From an uncultured Actinomycetes bacterium (GTDB taxonomy: Bacteria; Actinomycetota; Thermoleophilia; Gaiellales; Gaiellaceae): DNA of 64,000 nt. Under the pieces are notes generated by a model. It did not search any database. It was not told the origin of the DNA and worked only from the letters and a program-made list of their open reading frames with translations. Positions within the stretch are counted from its first letter, which is position 1; the number at the start of each line of letters is the position of its first letter. This document shows, piece by piece, positions 39,473 through 50,530 of the stretch. A program made the translations under genes and the position numbers. The stretch spans positions 60,389-124,388 of the forward strand of contig CAWGQF010000011.1 in NCBI GenBank assembly GCA_963824775.1, in the 5' to 3' direction.

Positions 39473-41609
39473 CTACAGAAGCTCGGCGATCCGTGCCGCC
39501 GCGCGGGTGGCCCCGTCGGCCTCGACGGGGAGGTAGTCCACCTCGCGGCCGATCTCCTCGGCGACGGCCTCGGCGATCGCGCCAGGTGACGACGACTCGA
39601 AGTCCATGCGCCGCCCCGCCCGGTAGCGGTCGAGCCGGTGACGCACGTGGAAGTTCTGCTCGAAGTGGTGGCGGAGCGGGAAGTAGAGGAAGGGGCGGCG
39701 GTTGGCGGTCAGCTCCATCGCGGTCGTCAGGCCTCCCTGCACGACGGCCAGGTCGCAGGCGGCGAGGTGCCGGTACAGGTTGTGCACGTAGGCGTGCACC
39801 TCGAGGCCCGGGGCAGCCGGGAGCGAGGCCGGGTCGATCCGCGGCCCTGCGACGACGATCATGCGGAGCGTAGGGGACGAGCTCCTTGGCGGCTGGAAAC
39901 GCAGCGATCACCCGCCGGAGCAGGTGTCCGCCGACGCCGGATCCGCCGACCGTCACGATGCAGACCGACTCCTCCGGCGCGTACCCGAGCTCGGCCCTGA
40001 GTCGCTCGCGGTCGGCGAACGCGGCGGCGTCGAAGCCCGAGACGTAGCCGGCGAAGTCGAAGTGGCGCTCGGTCCAGTCGCGGATCAGCGGCAGCTCCGG
40101 CCCGAAGCCGTCGGGGACGACGTCGTCGGGGTTGCCGACGAAGATCGCACGGTCGCGGACGCGGGGGAAGCGCGCGATGTGCTCGATCATCTCGGCGTTG
40201 TAGTCGGCGGTCAGGAAGGCCTCGTGCTCGCCGCCGTCCGCCATCGGCAGCCACCCGACGAAGTCCGTCAGCCAGACGTACGCGGCACCCTTCTTCTCCG
40301 GGTTCTCGTGGAGGTAGTAGTCGAGCTCCCAGGCCTCGTCCCCGATCCAGAGGTCGTACTGCTCCTCGCGGACGAGGTCGTCGAAGACCATGAAGTTCGC
40401 GAGCAGGATCTCGTCCATCCGCCGCCACGCCTGGAAGCAGTGGAGATCGTGCTCGGCCGACTCGGACTCGATGTGGTGCGACTCGTTCGCGAGGTCGTCG
40501 CTCGCGGGGTGGATGCGCTCGTCCTCGCCCCTGAGGACATTCGTGACCGGATGCTGGGCGAGCCAGTCGATCTCGACGCCGGGAACGAGCTCGCGCAACT
40601 CCCTGGCGATCGCCACGTCACGCTGCGCGTGCCCGAGCCCGATCGGCGAGGAGATGTAGAGAACCCGCTTGCGTCGCGCCTTGCCGCGCGTCCAGCGCGC
40701 CGGCGGTGGAGCCGGCGCCAGAAAGTCGCGGAGGACGCGGTTCGTCTGAACGGGATCGCGGATGTGCGGGGCATGACCGGAGCCCTCGAAGACGACGAGA
40801 CGGGAGTCCGGCACCGCCTCGCTCACCTCCGCGCCGGCCGAGAGCGGGATGATCCGGTCCTCGTCGCCGTGCAGGACGAGCGTCGGGCAGTGGATCTCCG
40901 CGAGGAGCCGGCGCATCGCCGAGCGGTCGTACTCCCGCGCGCCCTGGACGAGGATCTCGCCGGTCGTCTCGAGCCCCCAGCCGCAGCAGTCCTCGATCGG
41001 CTTCGTCGAATGCGGCTCGCTGAAGATCTGGCCGAAGAAGAACGCGAGGAAGTCTTCGTACTCGGACAGCCAGTACGGGGCGCTGTACTTCTCCCAGCCG
41101 GCGTAGCTCTCCCGCTCCGTCCAGAAGTCGTCTTTCAAGGACTTCGACGCGAGAATCGCCGGGGCGATGAGCGCCAGTCGCTCGACGCGTTCCGGATGGA
41201 GCGCGGCCAGCATCGCGGCCGGGTTGCATCCCTGGGAGAAGCTCCCGACGGCGGTCCGGTCGAGCCCGGTTGCGTCGAGGACGGCCAGCGCGTCCAGGAA
41301 GTGGTCGTCCAGTGTGTAGCCCGTGGCCGGGCTGTCGCTGCGCCCGTTTCCGCGTGGGTCGAACGTGACGACGCGCAGGTGGCGGGCGAGGTACGGCACC
41401 TGCATCTTCCAGGACCGGGAGTGGATGATGTTCCAGGTCGGGACCAGGAGGAGCGAGTGGTCGCCCGAGCCGTACGACTCGTAGAAGAGCCGGACGCCGT
41501 CCCGGTCGACGAATCCCTCGGCGTCGGGGTAGCGGGCCCGCGTCTGCTCCCGCGGGCCAAGCGTCAGCGCGTCCGCGACGGCCGTTGCTCCTCCTTCCCT
41601 TCGAGCCAT
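39473..41609 (-). CDS. Fusion protein: N-terminal alpha/beta hydrolase plus C-terminal GT-B glycosyltransferase (GT1/GT28-like). One +1 frame break near 39870.
   Basis: ATG 41609. The hydrolase part reads ..LLLVPTWNIIHS..GSFSQGCNP..LHGDEDRIIP..GSGHAPH. The GT part reads VLYISSPIGLGHAQRD.. and continues in ORF 39473..39862 (..VVQGGLTTAMEL..). Confidence 0.75.
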
Positions 41610-42184
41610 TCGTCGAGCCACGCGAGAAGCTCGAGGTGTCCGGCCTTCACGCCCTGGGCGCGCTCGAGGATGACGCCCTCGTTGAAGGTCATCACCAGCG
41701 ACACGAGCGCATCGAGGGGCATCGGGATGCCGTAGGCGCGGCGCGGCTCGTCGAAGGCCGACGTGAGGACAGCGCGCCACTCCGCGTTCACGGCGGCGAC
41801 ACGCTCGCGCAGCTCGCGCCGATTCCAGGCGAGCGCCTGGAGCTCGAGCCAGATCTTCTGGTAGGCGACGTCGGCGCCGACGAGATACCTCATCGCCTGC
41901 CGCCACTTCTCGATGAACGGCACGTCCGCCTCGTACATCGCGTGCTGGCGCGCGACGAGCCTTGCGGTGAACCGCTCGAGCACGCGGATGAGGAGATTCT
42001 CGATCGACCCGAAGTAGTAGTGCACGAGCCCGTGGTTGACCCCGGCCTCCTCGGCGAGCCGGCGGGTGGTCACACCGGCGTATCCGATCTCCACGAGCAG
42101 CCGCTCGGCGGCGTCGAGCAGTGTCTCCTCGGCCGTGGAACGGGCGAGTGGCGGTGACTCGATCTGCTCAGGCTCCTTGGACAA
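41564..42184 (-). CDS. TetR/AcrR family transcriptional regulator.
   Basis: HTH GYAGVTTRRLAEEAGVNHGLVHYYF. Intact 206 aa. Confidence 0.9.
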   Translation of the reverse strand: MSKEPEQIESPPLARSTAEETLLDAAERLLVEIGYAGVTTRRLAEEAGVNHGLVHYYFGSIENLLIRVLERFTARLVARQHAMYEADVPFIEKWRQAMRYLVGADVAYQKIWLELQALAWNRRELRERVAAVNAEWRAVLTSAFDEPRRAYGIPMPLDALVSLVMTFNEGVILERAQGVKAGHLELLAWLDEWLEGKEEQRPSRTR

Positions 42185-42264
42185 CTGACCTAAACACTTG
42201 ACTAAGACCGAGTCGCCGTCAAGGTCGCGACGGCTTCCCCACCCAGTTTGGGGAGAATGTCGGA

Positions 42265-42720
42265 ATGCGGGTCTCGGCCAAGGTCGACTACGCGCTTCGC
42301 GCGGCGGCGGAGCTCGCCTCCGCCGGCGACGGGCCGGTGAAGGGCGAGCGGATCGCTCAGGCGCAAGGGATCCCCCTCAAGTTCCTCGAGAACATCCTGC
42401 TCGAGCTGCGCCACCACGGTCTCGTTCAGAGCCAGCGCGGGGCCGAGGGCGGCTACTGGCTGGCGCGCCCCGCCGAAGAGATCAACCTCGCCGAGGTGAT
42501 CAGGGCGACCGAGGGGCCCCTCGCGAACGTGCGCGGCGTGCGGCCCGAGGCCGTCGACTACTCCGGCGCCGCGGAGCCGCTGCAGGAGGTCTGGGTCGCC
42601 GTGCGGGCGAACCTTCGGGCAGTCCTCGAGTCCGTAACGCTCGCCGATCTCGCGAGCGGGGAGCTCCCCGCCGAGGTGCGCGGGCTTACGACGGATCCGG
42701 AGGCGTGGCAGCCACACTGA
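42265..42720 (+). CDS. Rrf2 family transcriptional regulator.
   Basis: [47 protein letters not shown]. Intact 151 aa. Confidence 0.9.
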   Translation: MRVSAKVDYALRAAAELASAGDGPVKGERIAQAQGIPLKFLENILLELRHHGLVQSQRGAEGGYWLARPAEEINLAEVIRATEGPLANVRGVRPEAVDYSGAAEPLQEVWVAVRANLRAVLESVTLADLASGELPAEVRGLTTDPEAWQPH

Positions 42721-43688
42721 CGGCGCTGCCGTCCGGATTGAACACGGTCTCCCGGCTGGTCCGAACGAACACGATCTGGCCCTCGCGGAGCTCGAGCTCC
42801 TCGGCCTCGTCGCGCGTCACCTGCGCGGAAACGGGATGTCCGTCGTGGAGGTCGAGCTCGACGCGAACCTCGAAGCCGAGGTGCACCACGCGCTTCACCA
42901 TCGCCTCGCGTGTGACGCCGTTCGGCTCGAGCCGGAGCGTCGAGGTCGTGCGGCCGGATGAGCGCCTCGCCCATCCTCGTGACCGGCCCGACGAAGCTCA
43001 TGACGAACTCGTTGGCCGGGTGCTCGTAGAGGTCGCGCGGCCGGCCGATCTGCTCGATCCGTCCCTCGTTCATGAGCGCGATCCGGTCGGCGACCTCCAT
43101 CGCCTCCTCCTGGTCGTGCGTCACGAGAACGGTCGTCACGTGCACCTCTTCGTGCAGCCGGCGGAGCCACGCGCGGAGCTCCTTGCGCACGCGCGCATCG
43201 AGCGCGCCGAACGGCTCGTCGAGAAGAAGGACGCGCGGCTCGACCGCGAGCGCCCGGGCGAGCGCCATGCGCTGCCGCTGGCCGCCGGAGAGCTGCGACG
43301 GGTACCGGCCGGCGAGGCCGTCGAGCTGGACGAGGGAGAGCAGCTCGTCCACCTTTGCGGCGATCTCCTTCCGCGGCCTCCGGCGCACCTTCAGGCCGAA
43401 CGCGACGTTGTCGCGCACGGTCATGTGCTTGAAGGCGGCGTAGTGCTGGAAGACGAAGCCCACGCCGCGCTTCTGCGGCGGCAGGGAGGTCGCGTCCTGA
43501 CCGGAGATCAGCACGTCGCCCTCGTCCGGCTGCTCGAGGCCGGCGATCACCCGGAGGAGCGTCGACTTGCCGCTCCCGCTCGGGCCGAGGAGCGCGGTCA
43601 GCGAGCCGGACGGAATCGCGAGCGAGACGGCGTCCAGGGCGACGAAGTCACCGAACTGCTTCGTCACGCGGCGAACGGCGATCGCCAT
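42686..43688 (-). CDS. cysA: Sulfate/thiosulfate ABC transporter ATP-binding protein. One +1 frame break near 42938.
   Basis: [28 protein letters not shown]. The C-terminal regulatory domain continues in ORF 42686..42901. Confidence 0.9.
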
Positions 43689-44640
43689 GCGGGATCTCCT
43701 TCCGGAACAGGTTCATGAGCAGCAGGGTAAGCAGAGCGAGACAGGCGAGGACGACCGAAGCAGCGTACGCGCCGGCCAGGTCGAACGCCTGGAAGCGCTC
43801 CTCGACGTGCAGCGTGAGCGTCTCCGTGCGGCCGACGATCTTGCCCGAGACGACCGCGACGGCGCCGTACTCGCCGAGCGCGCGTGCGGTCGTGAGGACG
43901 ACGCCGTAGGTCACGCCCCAGCGGATCGCCGGGAGCGTCACCCGCCAGAACGTGGCGAACGGCGAGGCGCCGAGCGTCGCGGCAGCCTCCTCCTGCTCCG
44001 TCCCGATCTCGCGCAGGACCGGGGCCACCTCGCGGACGACGAATGGGAGCGAGACGAAGATGGTCGCGAGCACCATCCCCGGGAGGGAGAAGATGACGCG
44101 GATTCCCTGCTCGGCCAGCCAGCCGCCGATCCAGCCCTCGCGGCCGTAGACGAGGATGAGCGACAGGCCCACGACGACGGGGGAGAGCGCGAAGGGGAGG
44201 TCGACGAGCGCGCTCACGACCGCTTTCCCGCGGAATCGGTGGCGCACGAGCACGAGCGCGCAGACCACGCCGAAAACGGTGTTGAGGGGGACGGCGATCA
44301 GCGCGATCACGATCGTGAGCCAGAGGGCGTGGAGCGCCTGCGGCGTCGTGACCGCGTCCCACACCGCGCCGAGACCGTTCTCGAATGTCTTCCAGAAGAC
44401 GTATCCGACGGGGAGCGCGAGCAGCGCCGTCAGGTACCCGAGCGCGGCGACGCGGAGGCCGAGCCGAGATGGCTGACGCCACGTCGACGCACGCCTGGCT
44501 GGCGGCTCAGACACGGCGCCGGGCCGCCGGCTCCCCCTTGTCCAGGCTGCCTGCCTGGCCTGCGGGCGATCCGGCACCCCGGCTTGGTCTGAGCCGTCCC
44601 CAGACGCACGTCGACGTGGCATCAACCATCTAGCGATCAT
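43648..44640 (-). CDS. cysW: Sulfate ABC transporter permease CysW.
   Basis: Polytopic ORF with ..[21 protein letters not shown].. (EAA loop). The ATG overlaps the cysT stop. Confidence 0.85.
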   Translation of the reverse strand: MIARWLMPRRRASGDGSDQAGVPDRPQARQAAWTRGSRRPGAVSEPPARRASTWRQPSRLGLRVAALGYLTALLALPVGYVFWKTFENGLGAVWDAVTTPQALHALWLTIVIALIAVPLNTVFGVVCALVLVRHRFRGKAVVSALVDLPFALSPVVVGLSLILVYGREGWIGGWLAEQGIRVIFSLPGMVLATIFVSLPFVVREVAPVLREIGTEQEEAAATLGASPFATFWRVTLPAIRWGVTYGVVLTTARALGEYGAVAVVSGKIVGRTETLTLHVEERFQAFDLAGAYAASVVLACLALLTLLLMNLFRKEIPHGDRRSPRDEAVR

Positions 44641-45469
44641 GGCGTGACCCCCAACGGCGGAGCGCGTCGAGCCCGAGGAGCGCGACGAACGAGAGCGCGA
44701 GGAGCACGACCGAGACCGCCGCGGCCGCCGTCGTGTTGTCGCTCTCGATCTGCGAGAAGACGTGGACGGACGCGACCTCGGTCTCGAACGGGATGTTCCC
44801 GGAGATGAGGACGACCGAGCCGAACTCGCCGACCGCGCGTGCGAAGGCGAGCGCGATCCCGGAGAGGATCGCCGGCATCAGGTTCGGCAGGACAACGCGG
44901 CGGAAGATCGTGAAGTCGCGCGCACCGAGCGACGCGGCCGCCTCCTCCATCTCCCTGTCGAGCTCGTGCAGGACGGGTTGCACGGAGCGGACGACGAACG
45001 GCAGCGTGACGAAGAGGAGCGCGAGCACGATCGCTCCCTTCGTGAACGCGACGTTGTGCTCCGGGGAGGTGAACGGCCCGCGCGGCCCGTAGAGCGCGAG
45101 CAGCGTCAGCCCGGCCACGATCGTCGGGAGCGCGAAGGGCAGGTCGATGAGCGAGTTCACGACGCTCTTGCCGCGGAACGAGTCCCGCACGAGCACCCAG
45201 GCGATCAGCGTCCCCATGACGGCGTTCACGGCCACCACGACGAGCGAGGCACCGAACGTCAGCTTGAGCGCGGAGATCGCAGCGGGGCTGGAGACCGCGC
45301 GCCAGAACGCGTCGACGCCGCCGTCGGTCGAGCGCCAGACGACGGCGGCGAGCGGGATGAGGACGATCAGGCTGAGGTAGCCGACGACGAAGCCGCGCTC
45401 GATGAGAGCGCCGCCGGGCACGTAAGGCCGAGAGGGCGTACGAAGCGCCGCGGTCCTAGTCTGACTCAA
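44630..45469 (-). CDS. cysT: Sulfate ABC transporter permease CysT.
   Basis: Intact 279 aa with ..EEAAASLGARDFTIFRRVVLP... Confidence 0.9.
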   Translation of the reverse strand: MSQTRTAALRTPSRPYVPGGALIERGFVVGYLSLIVLIPLAAVVWRSTDGGVDAFWRAVSSPAAISALKLTFGASLVVVAVNAVMGTLIAWVLVRDSFRGKSVVNSLIDLPFALPTIVAGLTLLALYGPRGPFTSPEHNVAFTKGAIVLALLFVTLPFVVRSVQPVLHELDREMEEAAASLGARDFTIFRRVVLPNLMPAILSGIALAFARAVGEFGSVVLISGNIPFETEVASVHVFSQIESDNTTAAAAVSVVLLALSFVALLGLDALRRWGSRHDR

Positions 45470-46475
45470 CCGACACTCCCAAGCCTCGCTCGATGTCGGC
45501 CATGACGCTCTTCTCGCGGTCGAAGAAGTCCTTCATCACCGCGTCCCAGCCGCCGAGATCGTCGATCGTGAAGAGGTTCGGGGGCGTCGGGTAGTCGGAG
45601 GCTGCGAGCACCTCCCGATCGACCGGACGGTATCCCTTCTCCGCGAAGACCTGCTGCGCCTCCGGCTCGCGGAGGAAGTCGACGAACGCCTGCGCGAGCT
45701 CCGGGTTTCCGCTCTCGGTCACGACCGCGACGGGGTTCTCGATCAGGATCGTCTCGTCGGGCACGACGTAATCGATCTCCTCGCCCTTCTGCTGGGCTGT
45801 GATCGCCTCGTTCTCGTACCCGAGGAGCACGTCGCCCTTCCCGCTCGTGAACGTCTGCAGCGACTCCCGGGCACTCTTGTCCTGGACGACAACGTGCTCG
45901 TAGAGCTCACGAAGGTAGTCGACCGCCTCGTCCTCGGACTTGCCCTGCTCGAGCTGCGCACCGTATGCGGCCATCACGTTCCACCGCGCACCGCCCGACG
46001 TGAAGGGGTTCGGGTTGACGACCTCGACGCCCTCGCGCAGGAGGTCGTCCCAGCCGGTGATGCCCTCGGGGTTTCCCTTGCGCACGATGAGGGCGACGAC
46101 CGAGTTGGTGACCATCCCCTTCTGCGGGTCGTCCGCCCAGTCCTCGCCGACGAGGTCGGCCTCGACGAGACGGGTGATGTCGGGCGCGAGAGAGAACGCG
46201 ACCACGTCGGCCGGGAGCCCCTGCTCGACGGCGCGGCTCTGCTCGCCGGAGCTTCCGTAGGACTGGTCGATCGTGACCCCGCCCCCGCCCTGCGCCTCGC
46301 CGAACATCGGGATGATCTCCTCGTAGGCCTCGCGCGGCGTCGAGTACGCGACGAGCGTGAGGCTCCCTTCGCCACCGGCCGATGCTTCCGTGCCGGTTCC
46401 GCCGCACCCGGCGGCTGCGATCACGAGGACGGCGGCGGCGAGCGCCGGAAGGATGATCTTCAATGGCTGTGGCAA
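45456..46475 (-). CDS. Sulfate-binding lipoprotein (Sbp/CysP type).
   Basis: Lipobox VIAAAGC. ..NPNPFTSGGARWN.. is typical of sulfate-binding proteins. TTG start follows the SD GGGGAGAGAG. Confidence 0.9.
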   Translation of the reverse strand: MPQPLKIILPALAAAVLVIAAAGCGGTGTEASAGGEGSLTLVAYSTPREAYEEIIPMFGEAQGGGGVTIDQSYGSSGEQSRAVEQGLPADVVAFSLAPDITRLVEADLVGEDWADDPQKGMVTNSVVALIVRKGNPEGITGWDDLLREGVEVVNPNPFTSGGARWNVMAAYGAQLEQGKSEDEAVDYLRELYEHVVVQDKSARESLQTFTSGKGDVLLGYENEAITAQQKGEEIDYVVPDETILIENPVAVVTESGNPELAQAFVDFLREPEAQQVFAEKGYRPVDREVLAASDYPTPPNLFTIDDLGGWDAVMKDFFDREKSVMADIERGLGVSVESD

Positions 46476-46479
46476 GCGG

Positions 46480-46515
46480 CTCTCTCCCCTTTGTCTACTA
46501 ACTTGGTGGAGAGAG
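46480..46515 (-). promoter_or_regulatory. Possible SD-sequestering hairpin in the leader of the sulfate-binding-protein gene.
   Basis: In the mRNA, CUCUCUCC (46515-46508) can pair with GGAGAGAG of the SD (46487-46480), leaving a 20-nt loop. Confidence 0.3.
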
Positions 46516-46618
46516 ATTCCTAGCCGAGCCGGACGGCGCGCGTCAAATCGGAACCGCCACCGGCCGGAGTTCTAAGCTCCCGCCATGCCGAGGCGGCGGA
46601 GGACGCAGGGGCTCGAGC

Positions 46619-48494
46619 GTGTCCTCGGAACGCCCGGCGCTCTTCTCGACCGCGTACGGGAACGTCGGCTCCTCGATCTACTACGCGCTCGGCGTCACGG
46701 CCGTCTTCGCGCTCGGGCTGACGCCGCTCGTCTTCGTCATCGCCGGAGTCATCTTCGCCGCCACGGCCGCGACCTACGCCGAGGGGACCGTGCGCTACCC
46801 CGAGGCCGGCGGCTCGTCGAGCTTCGCGCGCCACGCGTTCAACGAGGTCGTCGTCGTTCGTGGCGGCCTGGGCGCAGATGCTGAACTACGTCATCACGAT
46901 CGCCATCTCGGCGTTCTTCGTCCCGCACTACCTCTCGATCTTCTGGGAGCCGCTCCGGAGAACCCGTGGGACATCGTCGGCGGCTCGGCGTGATCGTCGT
47001 CCTCGTCGTCGCTGAACGTCGTCGGGATCCGCGAGGCGGCGCGCCTCAACATCGCTGCTCGCCGTGATCGACTTCGCGACCCAGGTCCTCCTCGTCCTGC
47101 TCGGGCTTCGTGCTCGTCTTCAGCCCGAGCATCCTCCCGGAGAACGTGCACTGGGGACGTCGCGCCGACGCTGGGGCAACTTCCTGCTCGCGATCCCGGT
47201 CGCGATGATCGCGTACACGGGAATCGAGACCGTCTCGAACCTCGCCGAGGAGGCGCGCGACCCGTCGCGCGAACATCCCGCGCTCGATCCGGCTCGTCGC
47301 GATCGCGGTCTTCGCCATCTACTTCACCCTGCCGGCCGTCGCGCTCTCGGCCCTGCCGGTCGAGCTCGTGGGCGGCGAGTACCAGACGTTGCTCGGCGCT
47401 GCCGCCGGAGGAGGGCGGCTTCGCGAACGACCCGGTGCTGGGCGTCGTCGAGAACCTCGGGCTCTCGGGCGCGCTTCTCGACGGGTCTGGAGATCTACGT
47501 CGGCATCCTCGCGGCGACGATCCTCTTCATCGCGACGAACGCGGGCGTGATCGGCGCGTCGCGGATCACGTACTCGATGGCGTCGTACCGCCAGATTCCG
47601 GACGTGTTCCGGCGCCTGCATCCCACGCTTCCGGACGCCCTGGATCTCGCTCCTCGTCTTCGCCGGGCTTCATCTCGATCCTCGCGCTCCTCCCCGGCGC
47701 AGACGAACTTCCTCGGGACGATGTACTCGTTCGGCGCGATGCTCTCGTTCACGGTCGCGCACGCGTCGGTGATCCGCGCTTCGGTGCGGCGTCCCGACGA
47801 GGAGCTCGTGTTCCGCGCCCGGCCGAACCTGCGCCTGCGCGGGATCGACTGGCCTCTCTTCGCGATCTCGGGGGCGGCGACGGCGAGCTCGCGCTGGCTC
47901 GTGGTCGTCGTCCAGAACGCCGCAGACGCGGTGGGTCGGCCTCGCCTGGCTCGCGGTCGGCTTCGCCGGCTACGCGGTCTACCGCCGCCGGTTCGTGCAT
48001 GTCGCCGCTGCGCAGACTGTGCGCGCGCCGCAGATCGTCCTCGCGGGCGCGCTCGCGATCGAGTACCGCACCATCGTCGTCCCGGTCGTTCGCTCGGCCG
48101 AGACGGAGGAGGCGCTCGTCGCCGCGGCGCGCCTCGCCGCGGAGCGCGGCGCGACGATCGCGCTCGTGCACGTGCTCGAGGTGCCGATGTCGCTCCAGCT
48201 CGCGACCGAGCTCCCCGAGGAGGAGGCCGAGGCGGACGAGCTGCTCGACGGCGCGCAGGCGATCGTCGAGAGCTACGGCGTCCGGGCGTTCGTGCGGCTC
48301 GTGCGAAGGCGAGGCGCGCAGGTCCCGCGCATCGTGGCCGAGGCGACGAGCAGGAACGCCGAGCTGATCGTCGTCGGCGCCGCCCGCCGGGCGCTGCCCG
48401 GCCGCGGGCCCGGTCTTCGGCAAGACCGTCGACTACATCCTGAAGGCAGAGCCCGGTGCGCGTGCTCGTGACGGCCGGGAAGCTGGCCGCATGA
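46619..48494 (+). pseudogene. APC-family permease fused to a C-terminal universal-stress-protein (USP) domain. About 17 frame breaks as sequenced.
   Basis: Recognisable pieces alternate between frames: GSSIYYALG.., SFVAAWAQMLNYVI.., VIDFATQVLLVLLG, NFLLAIPVAMIAYTGIETVSNLAEEARDP, LEIYVGILAATILFIATNAGVIGASR, USP ..TIVVPVVRSAETEEAL..AELIVVGA... The final TGA 48492-48494 overlaps the next ATG. Confidence 0.8.
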
Positions 48495-48665
48495 ACCTCC
48501 TCGGCGGCCGCACGGCGCTCGTCCTCTCGTCGATCCTCGTCGTGCTCGGGCTCGTCGTTCTCGTCGAGACCGCAGTCGTCGGCGGCGGCACTCGGCTACC
48601 TCCTCGGCGCGCTGCTCGTCCTCGCGGGCGGGCTCCGCCTCTACCTGGCGAGGCGCGTGTGGCTA
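48491..48665 (+). CDS. Possible small two-helix membrane protein. The 3' end is uncertain because of a frame break near 48590.
   Basis: ATGA overlap with the upstream stop. MNLLGGRTALVLSSILVVLGLVVLVETAVVGGG is followed in the next frame by LGYLLGALLVLAGGLRLYLARR. Confidence 0.35.
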
Positions 48666-50530
48666 AGAAGCGTCCCGTCCTCGCCCGCGTCCTCGGCGCC
48701 CGCTCGATCGGAGCGGTGGCCTACGGCGAGATCGGCTCGTCGCTCTTCGTCGCGCTCGGGATCGTCGCCTTGTACGCAGGCGCGCTCCTGCCGTGGGTGC
48801 TCCTCGCGGTCGGGATCCTGTTCTTCTGCGTCGCGCTCTCGTACGCGGAGGGTGTCGCCGCGATCCCGGAGACGGGCGGCGGCGCGATGCTCGCGCGGCG
48901 CGCCTTCAACGACCCGATCGGCTTCCTGACCGGCTGGGTCCTCCTGCTCGACTACGTCGTCGTGATCGCGCTCGCGGCGCTCTTCGTGCCGCACTACGCG
49001 GGCGCGGCCTTCGGCTGGGACGCGATCGACGAACGAGCCGTGGGACGGGATCGTCGGCATCGGCGTGATCGCGGCCGTCGCCGTCGTGCGTCTCGTCCGC
49101 CGGTCGGCCATGTACCGCGTCGTGCTCGCCGTCGCGGCGCTGTCGCTTCGTGACACAGCTCGTCCTCGTCGTCCTCGGCCTCGTGTTCGTCTTCGATCCG
49201 GGCGATCTCGGCGGCACGCGACCGGGCTTCGAGGATGTCGCGTTCGCGCTCGCCCTCGCGACGCTCGCCTACACGGGGCTCGAGACGGTCGCGAACTACG
49301 CGTCCGAGACGCGCGAGCCGGGGCGCTCCCTTCCGCGTAGCCTCTTCGGCGCCCTTGCGGCCGTGGTCGCGGTCGCGTTCCTGCTCGGGCCTGGTCGGCG
49401 TCTCGGTGCCGGAACTGGGAGGAAGCGAGCTCGGCGCGCCGCTCGTCGGCGTGGCCGAGGCGCTGGACGGCGAGCTCCCCGCGGCCCTCGTCGACGTTCT
49501 GTCGGTCGCCGTGTCGCTGAGCGCGGTCGTCGTGCTCCTGGCCGCGATCACGACCTCGATCTCGGGAGTCGGCCGCCTGACGCTCTCGCTTGGCCGCCAC
49601 GCGATGCTGCCTCGTGCGTTCGCCCGCCTCAGCCCGCGCACCCTCGATCGCGCCGGCCGCGATCGTCGGCGCGGCCGGGACGGCGTGCGGGCTCCTCGTG
49701 ATCGCGGAGCTCGCCGAGACGGAGGTGCGGTTCCTCGCGAGCCTCTACAGCTTCGGCGTCCTGCTCGCGTTCGTCGCGGCGCAGGTCGCGGTGCTGCGGC
49801 TGCGGCGGACGGAGCCCGACCTGGAGCGCCCCTTCCGCGTGCCCGCGCAACGTTCGGATCGGCGGAGTCGAGCTTCCGCTGCCGGCGCTCGTCGGCGTGC
49901 CGCTCACGTTGCTGCTCTGGGTCGCCGCGTTCGCCACGCACGACGCCGCCCGGATCGGCGGCCCGCTCTGGGTCGCAGCGGGGGCCGTCCTCTACGTGCT
50001 CGTTCGCCGCTCGCGCCAGGAACGGCTGCTCGAGCATGTGAAGCCGGCGGTGGCGGATCTCGTGCCGGAGCCGGAGGGCGTGTACGAGAACATCCTCGTT
50101 CCGCTCAAGCTCGGCCTGATCGGCGAGGAGGTGCTCGCGACCGCGCTTCGCCTCGCGGAGGAACGACGGTCGCACGTCCGCGTGCTGCACGTGATCCGCG
50201 TCCCGCTCGACCTCGCGCTCGACGCCGACCTGCCCGACGAGGAGCGGCGGGCGCAGGAGTCCCTCGACGAGATCCACGAGCTGGCGACCGAGCACGGCGT
50301 CGAGCTCGACGCGAAGATCGTCCGCTCGCGCGCGCTCGGCGCGGCGATCGTCGACGAGGCCGACTCGCAGGGCGCCGACCTCATCGTCCTCGGATCGGCG
50401 CCGCGCTGGCGCCGGCAGTCACGGTTCTTCAGCCCGACGGTGGACTACGTGCTGCGAAAGGCGTCGTGCGAGGTCATGGTGGTGACCTATCCCCAGGGCG
50501 TTCTCGACGAGAGTACAGTGGAGCGCATGA
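48659..50530 (+). pseudogene. Second APC-family permease::USP fusion (paralog of 46619..48494). About 6 frame breaks as sequenced.
   Basis: GTG 48659. Pieces lie in ORFs 48491.., 49065.., 49150.., 49235.., 49590.., 49897.. (GEIGSSLFVALG.., TLAYTGLETVANYASETREPG, USP ..ILVPLKLGLIGEEVL..ADLIVLGS..). TGA 50528-50530 overlaps the trkA ATG. Confidence 0.8.

Noticed and set aside
42197-42223. CTTGAC-N15-GTCAAG palindrome in the TetR/Rrf2 divergent spacer, resembling the TTGAC/GTCAAG sites at 14224-14315.
   Set aside because: The shared element is only a hexamer that also resembles a -35 box. This is not enough to claim a common regulator.
50500-50530. In-frame fusion of the second APC::USP gene to TrkA, with no stop before ATG 50527 in ORF 49897..50937.
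   Set aside because: Another frame ends in a TGA overlapping the ATG (ATGA), which is the usual junction in this window. Given the indel load, a missed frame break is more likely than a real fusion.
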